Of a DNA stretch of 64,000 nucleotides, positions 41,770 through 53,840 are shown one piece after another. The stretch spans positions 19,546,628 through 19,610,627 of the forward strand of contig OZ037767.1 of the NCBI GenBank assembly GCA_964035545.1. The letters run 5' to 3'. Source of the DNA: Bugula neritina (lineage: Eukaryota; Animalia; Bryozoa). Below the pieces are notes generated by a model. It was not told the origin of the DNA and made no database searches. It was given only the letters and a program-made list of their open reading frames with translations. The first letter of the stretch is position 1. Every line of letters starts with the position of its first letter. The translations under genes and the position numbers were made by a program.

Positions 41770-42970
41770 TGTAGATATACGTTTACAGTCTAGAGGATTA
41801 GGGCAAGCAGTAGAATTACTTTAATTTGAATCATGTGTTGGTAAAATTACGCTGAGGGATTCTGATGTTTTGATGACGGTTTTGGTAGCGGTATCAACGC
41901 CACGGACTGGAGTAACAAAAAAATGATGTTTTCTACAAAACATCCAACACCATAATTAATAATTCCATATAAATTATTTGAATTCAATAGATAGAAAAAC
42001 ATTATATACTCAATTTTATGAATATATGTTTTAAGGGAAGATAAACCATTACAATTTAAATTTCTGCTGAATACTACGTATTTGTTGTTACATATACATA
42101 TATAACCCTGTATATACAAAATAAGTTAGTTGTGATTAATAAAAGAATGTATTTTTGTTTTTGTGACAAAACAAAAGACTCTTTTGAAGTCTTTGCTGTG
42201 AAATTGCTGTACCCTAAAACAGTATACCTATGGTAACAACACAAATTATTTTCACTGTACCTTGCAAATATCTTACATACTGGATGATGGCATACTATCA
42301 TTCAGTTCAGTGACTGCGTTATACCAAGTTACAAATCAAAAGAACTATTTTAAATTACTTACAAAATGCTTCTTTCAGCTCACTACTCCAAATAGAGACA
42401 ATTTTTATCAGTTGTTTTATTATCTAGTATAGTGCCCACTCAAGTATGCTCTATGTTGACAGAGATACGTCTAGAACGTATTAACGATAATATGTGTCAC
42501 CAGCATTAGCACAAGCTACTGCCATCCTATAGCAGTTTGTACATGTGTGTTTATATTGAAGAATACTGGGTAAATAGTATTGTATGCAAGGTAGAATTGT
42601 TAGGCTATTCAATTGTAACTTCTATACAAAAATTGAAGTATAACAACTAACAATTATCATAAAATAAATATTAGCATCTGACAGGCTCGTTCTATTCATA
42701 GAATAGGTGCAATAAGAATAGGCATGAGTCTTATGAATTGGTAGCAAATAGCAACGAGTTTAAACTATACACACAGCATATCAGTGCTGTCGAACACTAT
42801 GGACAGACAACTTCAATAGTGACTTTCATTGGAATCAACTTGTATCATATATAAATGTATGCAACATTATAAAAACTAGGAACACATAAATTTGAAGCAG
42901 CAACATCCTCGTGAAGAACCTCCGAGTTATTTTAAGAAGTCATTTTAAAATTGTCTTATTCTAGCAGATA

Positions 42971-43170
42971 AGAGGGAGCAGCCGTGGTCTAGGGGGTGGT
43001 CTAGGGGTAGAGCGTTTGCCTAGTAAACACGAAGGTCTGGGTTCGAGCCCAGACAAAGGCCATGGGTGATGTTAGGAAGAGCATCCAGTCATAATTGCTC
43101 CTGTGCCTCATTTAAACAAGCCCTTAGCCCGATTCAGGGATAGCGACTATAAACTTGCGTAAGTTTTTTT
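42971..43170 (+). mobile_element. tRNA-Thr(AGT)-derived SINE with a 15-bp target-site duplication
   Basis: tRNA-like head GGTAGAGCGTTTGCCTAGTAAACACGAAGGTCTGGGTTCGAGCCCAG, body GGTGATGTTAGGAAGAGCATCCAGTCATAATTGCTCCTGTG, T-rich end. TSD TTATTCTAGCAGATA at 42956-42970 and 43171-43185. Confidence 0.88.
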
Positions 43171-45856
43171 TTATTCTAGCAGATAGGACTAGCTTTAAAT
43201 TTGTTCCCTCAAAAAACCCTCTAAATCAAGGAAACATAAATCCAATATAAACAAAAACAAGTTTTTAAACAGCAAATCTCTACCCAAGTACAGCCTCAAA
43301 AACATGAGCCATAGCTTTAGAACATTGACAGTGGAGAGCAAAGCAAAAATAGAAATAAGACAACCTTTAGCATACAAGAAGATAATATATTCTCACAATA
43401 CAGAGTTACTATAGTGACCAATTTGTGGAAAGTACTTGTTTGCAACTTCATAGATGTATGTGTTAACTGATTTGTGATAGGCTTTTCAGGAACAAAATAT
43501 TCAACTCTGTAATTCATCAAATAGCATAATTAGGCAAACTATAGCTATATAAGGGAAGACAACTACAACAAATCCTTAGTTGTTATTTTCTCTGCATTCC
43601 AAAGTTTTCGGTAAGCAATGGACCTTTTTTCTTGTGGAAGAAAAGCTACAGCAGGTAAAAGAACCTTTAGGTGACACTACATAATGTTTGGGTAATCTTC
43701 ATTAGTCTTTAGGCTACCAAAATCTACTAAATATCTTAAGTGAGATTGGGGTAGTTACAACATATGTTTACTATAAGTACAAAATACATGCTACTATTAT
43801 CTCATAAATAAATTACCTTTCTGTAGATTCAGCAAGATGAATCAATCTACTACTTAGTGATGGTGTAATCTGTAATATACTGTTGGTGTAATTTGCTAAC
43901 TCTACTATATGCAAAACTCATTATAGTTGAAGAAATATTAAAATATGACTTGTAATTATTATATAACATGTACCACAATAAAAACTATAGATGTTATATT
44001 TTTTAAAAAATCTTTGCCATAAAATTGTCTTCATTGCTTGCTTTCTAGAGTGCAATAGACAGAGCTTTATTCATTATAGCTTGTGTTCTAAGACATACAA
44101 CTACCTTTATCACACTCCTTCCAAGTATTAGCTTGTACTCTTACTCAACTATAAAACTGATCACTGAATATAATCCCTTCTATGTACGCATCATTAAGTG
44201 GATTATAACCATCAGACTAGAATTAGTATATTAGTTACTACTTAACACTGTAACAGCAACTACCACTGAGCTCTATTCTATATACCACCAGCAGCTTATA
44301 AGTAGAGATACTAGAACTAGTAGAGCTCTTGGTTGATGCATAAGTCAGCACAAGTTGAAAGGTCAGCTCAATCAGTACTCTTGTGGAGAAATAAGTCACC
44401 AAACACAACAATGGTCGCATAGAACTGAAGAAACGAGCATCGTCTGTCACAGATTGCATGACTATAGAATCACTGGTGTAGAGACTGAAAATATTCAAAT
44501 TGATATTAGCAAAGCAGAAGCTATCAGAAGTATTGAGGTAAACTTTATTAACATACTTTATTATATGCACGTGTATAAAACTAAAGCCGTTATTAAAACT
44601 TCTGAAATGAGAAGTGCATGATCGATGAGACGAAATTGAACTCTGTGTAGCTGGCCTCAGTTACATATAATGTTTATAAATATGTTCCTGCACTAGTATA
44701 ATCAAACTATAGCATACTAGCAAAATAGTATGATATAAAATGTAACACAGCTTGCTATAAGTAACTAATACAGAATGTACCTTGAAGTCAGCTTCCAATT
44801 GAGTATTTTGCAAATAACTTAACTTTTACATTCTCTTAGTGTATTTTATTTACTTTTGAAGCGGTTAAGCAATGGTCATCTTAAACCAATTTCGTTAGCT
44901 GAGATAAATTACTGTGGCGAATCTTGAGCAGTTACTGATCATGATCAGGAAAGTTAGCCTTAGCTACTTCCTCTGATTGTCCTAATTTACTGAGTGGTTA
45001 GATGGTAGCAAGACTGCCCAGATACTGCAGAAGAGAAATTTCTACAAAAGCTGCAAATCTATATATTATGTATTCAATGCTCAAAACTTGAATATTGGTG
45101 TGTTTTTATTTGCATGTGTAATGCTTTTTGTATGTATTTCTTGTATGTGTGTTGTGTGTGTATGGGCATGCTGAAAATTTAAATAGCTGCTAATCAAAAA
45201 ACCTTTTAAAACTTTAAACTTGTGTTAACAAATTAGGTTTGTCTAGAATCTAGATAATATGCCAGTGGTAGTACAGTTACCAATGCTACCCTATTAACAG
45301 TTTTTATCAAGTAAAGAGCATTAATACTTCTTTATGATCTAAAGTTCCTTCAACCATTGCCTTCTTTAAGTAATCCCTTCAAGTTAACAGTTTTCTAGTG
45401 CACATAATTTACCATGGATTAATATATAGTTCACAAGTTAACTGGTTTCCATGGAGATAATCAGTGAGGATTTGAGTAAATCTGAATGCTGGCTCATTTG
45501 CTATACTAAAGGGGAGTTTAGCTACTTATGAGGGAATTTATATTGAAATTATTTAGTAATTTGCATCTGAAGTTAATGAATATAATAATTTGTTTTGAGA
45601 TGAGTTATTTTTATTCAGATAGTTGCTTTTAAACTTCTGTAACTTGCAATTTTGATGGCTAACTTGCTCTGCGTAAACTGAAAACTCAGCATCTGAGGCT
45701 AACCTGCTTACAATCTTAGGCTAAACAATGCATTGCCTGGAGATTGATGAAACATTTGTATAAATGCATTACAGAGAATCTTTTGCTAAACAGAGAAAAA
45801 TTTGTACACATCACATGTACACAATTATGTTAACAGAGAGAAGCTGAGAGTTAGCA

Positions 45857-48800
45857 ATGGTCTCTCCCCCTATTAGAAACTTGTTGGGGGGCGTATGCCT
45901 AGCTTTCCTCCTGTGTGGCACCCTGATGGCCTGGTCCAAGCACAAAGTAACTACAAGTACTCTAGTCGTGTCAGCAGATAGAGATGAGAGCAATGAACAA
46001 GAAACAACTGCACAGGTTTGTCTCACAGTCTATACCTGGTCATCCGAGTTTTCCAGTTTTACCCTATTGATCTATCTCTCACTGTACATCTCATGAGATA
46101 AACACAAAAAGCTCCGGTAAAAATTTAACATAGAATGTCAAATCTATATTAGGATACATATTGAGAAATACCATATAATTTGAAACCTTTAATCTAATGT
46201 AATGGATTAGTATATAAAATATAGCACACCATACATTTTGAAATGCCTGGTTCAACCAGAAACCACAAATGTATGCATAAAACACTGGTGATATGTGATT
46301 ATATATAAATATAAAGTTTGGGACACACAGCATGATAAACTACAAAAGAAGAGCTTGATTTGAACAGTCTGTAGGTATATTGTAGAGTGAGAAAAACAAA
46401 ACAAAATCATTAAAAAATGTGGCTAATTAGCAGACCTGTCATATTAAGTCAAAACATCATTATTAGCTTGTAATGTTTGCTGACAGAAATTAGGCAGCAT
46501 AATTACGCAAGTTAGACAGCATGAGCAGCTGAGCAAGAAGTCCTTGTAAGAATATGACAAACCTTAGATTTTTTGCTGATTAGGTGCGAAGTAAATTTAC
46601 ATCAACTTATGGTGAAGAAGTTAAGGTGTAGGGGTGAGAGCGTTTGCTTAGTAAACAAGAAGTTATGGGTTCCAACCATGACACAGGCCATTGGTGATGC
46701 TAGGAAGAGCATCCAGTCATAATTGCTCCTGTGTCACATATGAATAAGTCCTTATTGAGATTCAACAAAGCACCCTCTCCATCAGGGGTTTCTCACAGTG
46801 ATGGTGACTATAAACTTGCATAAGTGGGTTTTACAGTGACGAAATTAAATCATTACCAGCCATGTAAGATTAGCCGATTAGCGATGATGATTTATATAGT
46901 TTGTATCAACAGGTACTCTAGTAGAGCATATTCACCTACAGCTTGTGCATTAAATCCGCAATGTAATGAAGTAACACAACCAGATATACTGGTTAGTAAG
47001 TTATTGTAAGTTGCAATTAACCATCGAGTTCAAACTGCTGAGTCAGCCATGTTAGTATCAGAAGGTGTCAGCAATCTTATTCAACATCTTTAGCTTATTT
47101 AAAACAAAAATACATACTAAAACATTTCAAATTATGAACTAGAGCAATCATGTTGTTCATATGCTGAGCCAGCTATGTTAGTGTCAGAAGATGTCAAACT
47201 AGTGGCTGAAAACTTTCTCCAACATCTTAGAATATATCTCTCTAGCTTGGTGAAAGTAAAACTCACACAAAAAATTTTTGATTTATTCACCAGAGCAACC
47301 ATGTTCTTCATGCTATTGTAGACATTCAAAAATCAAGAGAAATACCCGTCTCCTTCAACTAAGAAAATAAGCAAGACTGTTAAAATAGTATCTATCCCAC
47401 AAAGTCACAAACCTAACAGCACTACTGCTGCCCCTGCTGCTGTTGCTGCCTCTGCTGCTGATGCAGACAAGGTCACCACTACTTCATCAACTTCTAGCAT
47501 TAGTTTTAGCACTAGTCAAGCAAACACAGTAGTTTCTAGTGAGTCTGCAATGACAGCAGATAATAAACTTGATGGATTATATGAAGATGACTTTGAGTGG
47601 CCAGATGTAAATCCTGAGAAAGATATAGACTTTCCTATGGACTACAAGGTATGTGAAGTTTACAAAGTACCAGTAAAGAGCTACAAATTTAATAAAGTTC
47701 ACTTGCTTGTAGAACAGTTTATCATATTTGGTAATATTCTAGAGGGCAGTATATGTCAAGAAAAGTGTCGGTTATTTAATTAGTTGCGGGTTAAATTTAT
47801 ATGAAACTTAGTATTATTATAAATCACATATATAACTGAAATAACTCAGCCTTATGTACTAAGATATCTATCTAACTGCTTAGCAACATAAACCTGCATC
47901 TATTATTATACTTTGAAATCACACTTTTAAGTTATTAGAGTTTTTGAAAACTGTGAAGCTAACTTGGCTGAATACTAAACCTGAATCAAATTGCAAGGTG
48001 TTGCATATACCCTGATTAATAAGTCTTGCTTATTTTATTATTATGGTTACTTTTTACTTGTAAAAATCTATTCATTTTTTATAACTTTCCAATAATTCAA
48101 GAATTTGATTTCACTACTAAAACAGCTATAACTCAAAAATATATTTTCAAAGTTCCAAATTCTTTTGCATATTCAATTTCTTTTCTTAGATATTTGTTTG
48201 AACAACTGTTGATACTTCAGCATGTATAAATAAATAAATGCAACCTGCAAGTCAACTTAGCTCCCACATATTTGATGCATCTTTGTTTCTATTTTCATTT
48301 AAGCTTCTTATGCCCCCTGTAGATAAACGATGATCTCAAACATGTACTGAAACTACGAAAAGAAAAACTTTACAAGAAATGCCAGTTGTATAAAAATCAG
48401 ATCAAAAAAAGCATTAAAAATACCAACAAAGAGTTTTCTTCTATGAGAAAAAGGAACCCTAATGTCATCGTTTCATCAAAACACTCAATAGAATTTTGCA
48501 GTGTAGCCAAAACAGGTGAGTTAATCATAATTTTTATACTGAAATCAACTTAAAAAATGATTTTGAGCATAAAATTTTATTATTAATGTAAAAAGTGTAG
48601 CTACTATAAATTGCTATAAGAATCTAGTAATTATCCCAATGTTAGACTTATCATTGTTACATTACTATCTTTATTGCTAGCTGGGTGACAGCAAATTAAA
48701 CTGGTGTATGTTGCTATCACCAACCAATTGTTTCACCAAGCTAGGATGAAGAGAAGCACTCTATAAAGTTTCTTCATCTATATTATTGTGGATAGTGCCA

Positions 48801-51800
48801 TTATATTTACAGTACTATATGTAACCCTTACAACTGCTAATTGAGATCATTGTTATGGGAATTGGCTCTGTCAAGTCACTCAATATCATTAATAATTTAT
48901 GTTAGTAATGTAAGGTAAACTATGAACAATTAAAATATTTTATACTACCCTTTGTGAGCAAAATCAACCATTTAAACACAGTGAAAATATAGATATTTGG
49001 TAGAGAAAAAGAGTCAAAGCAGACAATATGTTTTTACGAGAAAATACTATGTCAATAAAACTATAGGCCTCCTATACTTATTTAAATACAGATATAAAGT
49101 AAGATGAGTTTACAGAAATATTAATCAATATTTTCAAAGATAACTTGGAATGCAATACCTGGAGGAAATTGTAAACAGTCACACAGAAACTGTTTGCACA
49201 AACAAGAAAATTGTTTTAGAATTGAAGCGAAAAGCAGAAAAACATTGCATGAATTGCTATTACAGGTAACTGCAATATATTTACAGGGAGTACATTTTGG
49301 AAGTCAGTATTTGGCTACTTGGGCACGGGAACCATTTCACCGGGTATGTCAGCAGCACGTCTGCTTCGGAAAAGTGACAGAAACAGTTTCGAGACGGTGT
49401 CAGATCTCGCTAGGAACAAAGTAAGTTATATGTCCACTAGAGCTTGTGTATTGGAGTGAGTTATATGTATACTAGAGCTTGTGTATTGGAGTGAGTTATA
49501 TGTATACTAGAGCTTGTGTATTGGAGTGAGTTATATGTATACTAGAGCTTGTGTATTGGAGTGAGTTATATGTCCACTAGAGCTTGTATATTAGAGTGAG
49601 TTATATGTATACTAGAGCTTGTGTATTGGAGTGAGTTATATGTATACTAGAGCTTGTGTATTGGAGTGAGTTATATGTATACTAGAGCTTGTGTATTGGA
49701 GTGAGTTATATGTATACTACAGCTTGTGTATTGGAGTGAGTTATATGTCCACTAGAGCTTGTATATTAGAGTGAGTTATATGTATACTAGAGCTTGTGTA
49801 TTGGAGTGAGTTATATGTATACTAGAGCTTGTGTATTGGAGTGAGTTGTATGTATACTAGAGCTTGTATATTGGAGTGAGTTATATGTATACTAGAGCTT
49901 GTGTATTGGAGTGAGTTATATGTATACTAGAGCTTGTGTATTGGAGTGAGTTATATGTCCACTAGAGCTTGTGTATTGGAGTGAGTTATATGTATACTAG
50001 AGCTTGTGTATTGGAGTGAGTTATATGTATACTAGAGCTTGTGTATTGGAGTGAGTTATATGTATACTAGAGCTTGTGTATTGGAGTGAGTTATATGTAT
50101 ACTAGAGCTTGTGTATTGGAGTGAGTTATATGTATACTAGAGCTTGTGTATTGGAGTGAGTTATATGTATACTAGAGCTTGTGTATTGGAGTGAGTTATA
50201 TGTATACTAGAGCTTGTGTATTGGAGTGAGTTATATGTATACTAGAGCTTGTGTATTGGAGTGAGTTATATGTATACTAGAGCTTGTGTATTGGAGTGAG
50301 TTATATGTATACTAGAGCTTGTGTATTGGAGTGAGTTATATGTATACTAGAGCTTGTGTATTGGAGTGAGTTATATGTATACTAGAGCTTGTGTATTGGA
50401 GTGAGTTATATGTCCACTAGAGCTTGTGTATTGGAGTGAGTTATATGTATACTACAGCTTGTGCATTGGAGTAAGTTATATGTATACTAGAGCTTTCGTA
50501 TTGGAGTGAGTTATATGTATACTAGAGCTTGTGTATTGGAGTGAGTTATATGTATACTAGAGCTTGTGTATTGGAGTGAGTTATATGTATACTAGAGCTT
50601 GTGTATTGGAGTGAGTTATATGTATACTAGAGCTTGTGTATTGGAGTGAGTTGTATGTATACTAGAGCTTGTGTATTGGAGTGAGTTATATGTATACTAG
50701 AGCTTGTGTATTGGAGTGAGTTATATGTATACTAGAGCTTGTGTATTGGAGTGAGTTATATGTATACTACAGCTTGTGTATTGGAGTGAGTTATACTGTA
50801 TACTAGAGCTTGTGCACTGCACCAAAAGTTAAACAACTTGAATTATTTATCAAAAGTATATTTGCATCTGTGATTTTATTTAACAGTTTAATTAAAAGAC
50901 TTGAGTACATTGAGTAGAATAGAATATAAAATTTTATTAGACATAATGCTGGCAATAATAAAACAAGATTTCTTGAAAAATAATTCAGCACTATCATAAT
51001 ATAAATAAAGGTAGTTATGAATAATTGTCATGTTGTTCATTTTATTATCAAATAACTATAGAATTGTAAAATCAGAATATTGCTGGAAAGATTAGCAAAA
51101 GCGCTACTAGTCTATTACTGTCGAAACATCATTGGAATAGTATATAAAGTCCACCTATTTATAAAGTACTTTTGTTTGACCCAAACATGTCACCATTTTC
51201 ACATAATACACAATATATCTAACATAGCCTTTAAAATGTGAAATCGGGAAAACTCAATCATCACCAATCGCATGCATGTCTTGTCAATGACATGAACCAA
51301 AGTCTAAATCTTATGTTTTAATATTATAGTGACCTTGAAGAAGGTGATGCTAATTAACAAAGTCTGTTGGCACACTGTTTCATGTGCTGACAGCTATTAC
51401 TGTTTACAGCTATGATAAACGAATGTATTTTTAGAACGGAGACTTGCGATTTGTAGCAGTAAGGAATCCGTGGAAAAGACTAGTGAGTTTATATCAGCAG
51501 AAGATAGAAGTGTTTGTGCCAACAGTGATCGCACAGGGTCTGTCTTCAAAGAAACTGGTTAAAGACATGGCCCCCTATAGGTTAGTCATACACCACTTGC
51601 GTTCCTAATCACAACTAATTTAAGTATACTTTGTCTTCATTTAATGCTGGTTTGGTAGCTGTATTTGAGAAATCTAATTAATGTCCATCTGAATGCATAC
51701 TGGAAGGCATTTAGTGCTTAGATTTTGACTGCTGGTTGAAATTATTGACATGAAATATCCCTCTACACATGTCTGGACATTGTCTTGAGTAAATGGTGCA

Positions 51801-53064
51801 TTAGCAGGTGCACTTTGTGTTGCCAGTACATTTTAGTTATTACCTATAAGCTGTGATGGAAAACCCAGAGCCTTTAAATGAAACGACTCCCTAGCTGTAA
51901 AATCATTAAGCTAGACTAGATGCTTGTCAAAGAATAAAGGTAATTTTCTAATTCTCAAGAGTATGATAATACATTGTTTTCTGTGGGTTTAAGATGACCA
52001 CTACCCTACAGACAATCACAATGATTATGTAGCTCTTACACATTACTTTTATTATGACTACAAAGAATGCACTTTTTTGAAGTCAATAAGGTAAATAAAT
52101 TTCAATTGAAGATAAGAGTATTAATAGTTTGATAAGCACCCAAAGTTTTACTCAAAAGCTACAGTAACTCTTGAAACTGATTCTGATTTTAAACCAGTTT
52201 GAAGCTGTGCAGTAACTTCCATGACATTAGCTAACAGGTTTCTGTCTTCCATCTTGTAGATACATGTTGGGCGTATGCCACCTGCAACCACCTGACCTGC
52301 TAACATTTGAAGACATGATAGCGTGTGTATTGACTAAAAACATTGGAAGAAGTCCGAATCGACATTGGGAACCCGCATATGAATATTGTGATATTTGTAG
52401 TATCGACTATGATTATATAAGTAAGTCACTATTGTATGATTATTACTGTGACAACTGTAGTATTGACTATGATTCTATTTGTAAGTCACTACTGTATGAG
52501 AATCACTGTGATATTTGTAGTATCTATTATGACTATATTAGAAAGTCACTACCATACAGGTACACTTAGGAGCAGTGGTGAACAATTTGAGGTAGTCTGA
52601 TTTCTATAATTATATTGTTAAATTTTGGTTTGGGGCCTGGGTTGAAATTCTTGCAAGAACACAACTTCTTTTGCTACATTTTTAATTTAGAACACAGGCT
52701 TCTCTCAATCTCTCCGTCACTACACCTACCTTGATATTCGTAGTATCAACAGTGACTATATTAGTAAGTCACTACTGTATAAGTATCGCTGTGGTGTTAA
52801 TATATCAGTTATTATTTCTTAGTCCGGACAGAGAATATGATGAAGGAAGGAGCGTATGTTTTACGGCAGGCCGGTTTAGCTAACGCCACAGACATTCTAT
52901 CAGCAGTTAGAGAAGGCACAATACGAGATGTAGAGAAACATAAGAAAAAGAAATACAGTGATTACTATAGAGATTTACATCCTGATGTAATAGAGATATT
53001 AAGAAGGATGTATCGATGGGAGATAGAACTATTTGGATACCCACACACACCGTTTACTAATTAA
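45857..53064 (+). CDS. Golgi carbohydrate sulfotransferase of the CHST8-14/HNK-1ST (Sulfotransfer_2) family, 7 coding exons
   Basis: Exons 45857-46015, 47322-47648, 48323-48515, 49287-49420, 51435-51580, 52260-52420, 52823-53064. TM anchor, Ser/Thr/Ala-rich stem, 5'-PSB motif FCSVAKTGSTFWK, 3'-PB motif FVAVRNPWKRLVSLY, HWEPAYEYCDICSIDYDYI and the C-terminal MYRWEIELFGYP. Confidence 0.9.
46626..46826 (+). mobile_element. Second, more diverged copy of the tRNA-Thr-derived SINE (sulfotransferase intron 1)
   Basis: Shares GAGCGTTTGCYTAGTAAACA, GGTGATGYTAGGAAGAGCATCCAGTCATAATTGCTCCTGTG and GACTATAAACTTGCRTAAG with 42971-43170. Confidence 0.85.
49421..50815. repeat. 35-bp minisatellite (GTGAGTTATATGTATACTAGAGCTTGTGTATTGGA), about 40 highly homogeneous copies, starting exactly at a splice donor
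   Basis: The first unit begins with the real donor GTAAGT at 49421. Confidence 0.97.
52384..52560 (+). repeat. 60-bp tandem triplication of the sulfotransferase exon 6 end plus donor (further copy at ~52730-52790)
   Basis: CDICSIDYDYI|SKSLLY, CDNCSIDYDSICKSLLY and CDICSIYYDYIRKSL repeat in frame. Confidence 0.85.
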
Positions 53065-53840
53065 ATGACCCCTATTATGAAGGTATGAGGGGGGTGGGGT
53101 GGGGTAGAGCGATTCTTCAATGTAATATGTATATACCACACTCCACTCATAACTTCCAGTAACCTCAGTGAATGCCTCGTACTCTTGAAATACATGTAGA
53201 ACAACATAACACATTTCCATGAGTATTATTTTGTCTAAATACATGCTCATTATTTTATGTACTATAATATGTATAACTACTCTATGTATTATAACCCCTT
53301 GCCACGTAGACTACAGACTATTAATGTTGAAGGCAAGGGATCCTCTCAGTTAAATTTTGAAAAAATAACTTTTTTATTATTTATTGTTTTTTTAAATGTC
53401 ATAACTAGTATTATTCTTCCAGATGTTTTGTAAATAGTATGGTAGACAAATAATAAAATAAACCTAGCACTGGCGTGCATCTGCATAAACTGTTGGAGCA
53501 CGCTTGATTACTGTGTACCTACGTATGCCGGTGGAAAACCAAACTTCAAACTTCCTAATTATTTTCAGCATAATTTTTCTATATCATATAAGTAAACTGA
53601 TTTATTGTTATTTATAAATCACAATTGGAATAAAGACAACTTTCAGTATATGGAGAAAAACACTTTGTTATATGCAATATTGTTTGAAGGATACTCTCTC
53701 AACATTTTATACATTGCCCTTCGCCTCTGCACAATTTTCTGGTTAATAAATTAGAAATGGCAGAGTCACACCAGTTAATGCAGTGTCATCGTATATGATT
53801 ACGCAATGGCTGTATTTAGGCTATGTGAAGGTAGAGGAGC

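Noticed and set aside
49421-50815. 35-bp repeat array resembling CRISPR repeat length
   Set aside because: Units are contiguous with no unique spacers, the context is a eukaryotic intron, and there are no cas genes.
53089-53104. G-rich tract (G6-T-G4-T-G4) in the sulfotransferase 3' UTR as a G-quadruplex
   Set aside because: Only three clear G-runs; too weak to call.
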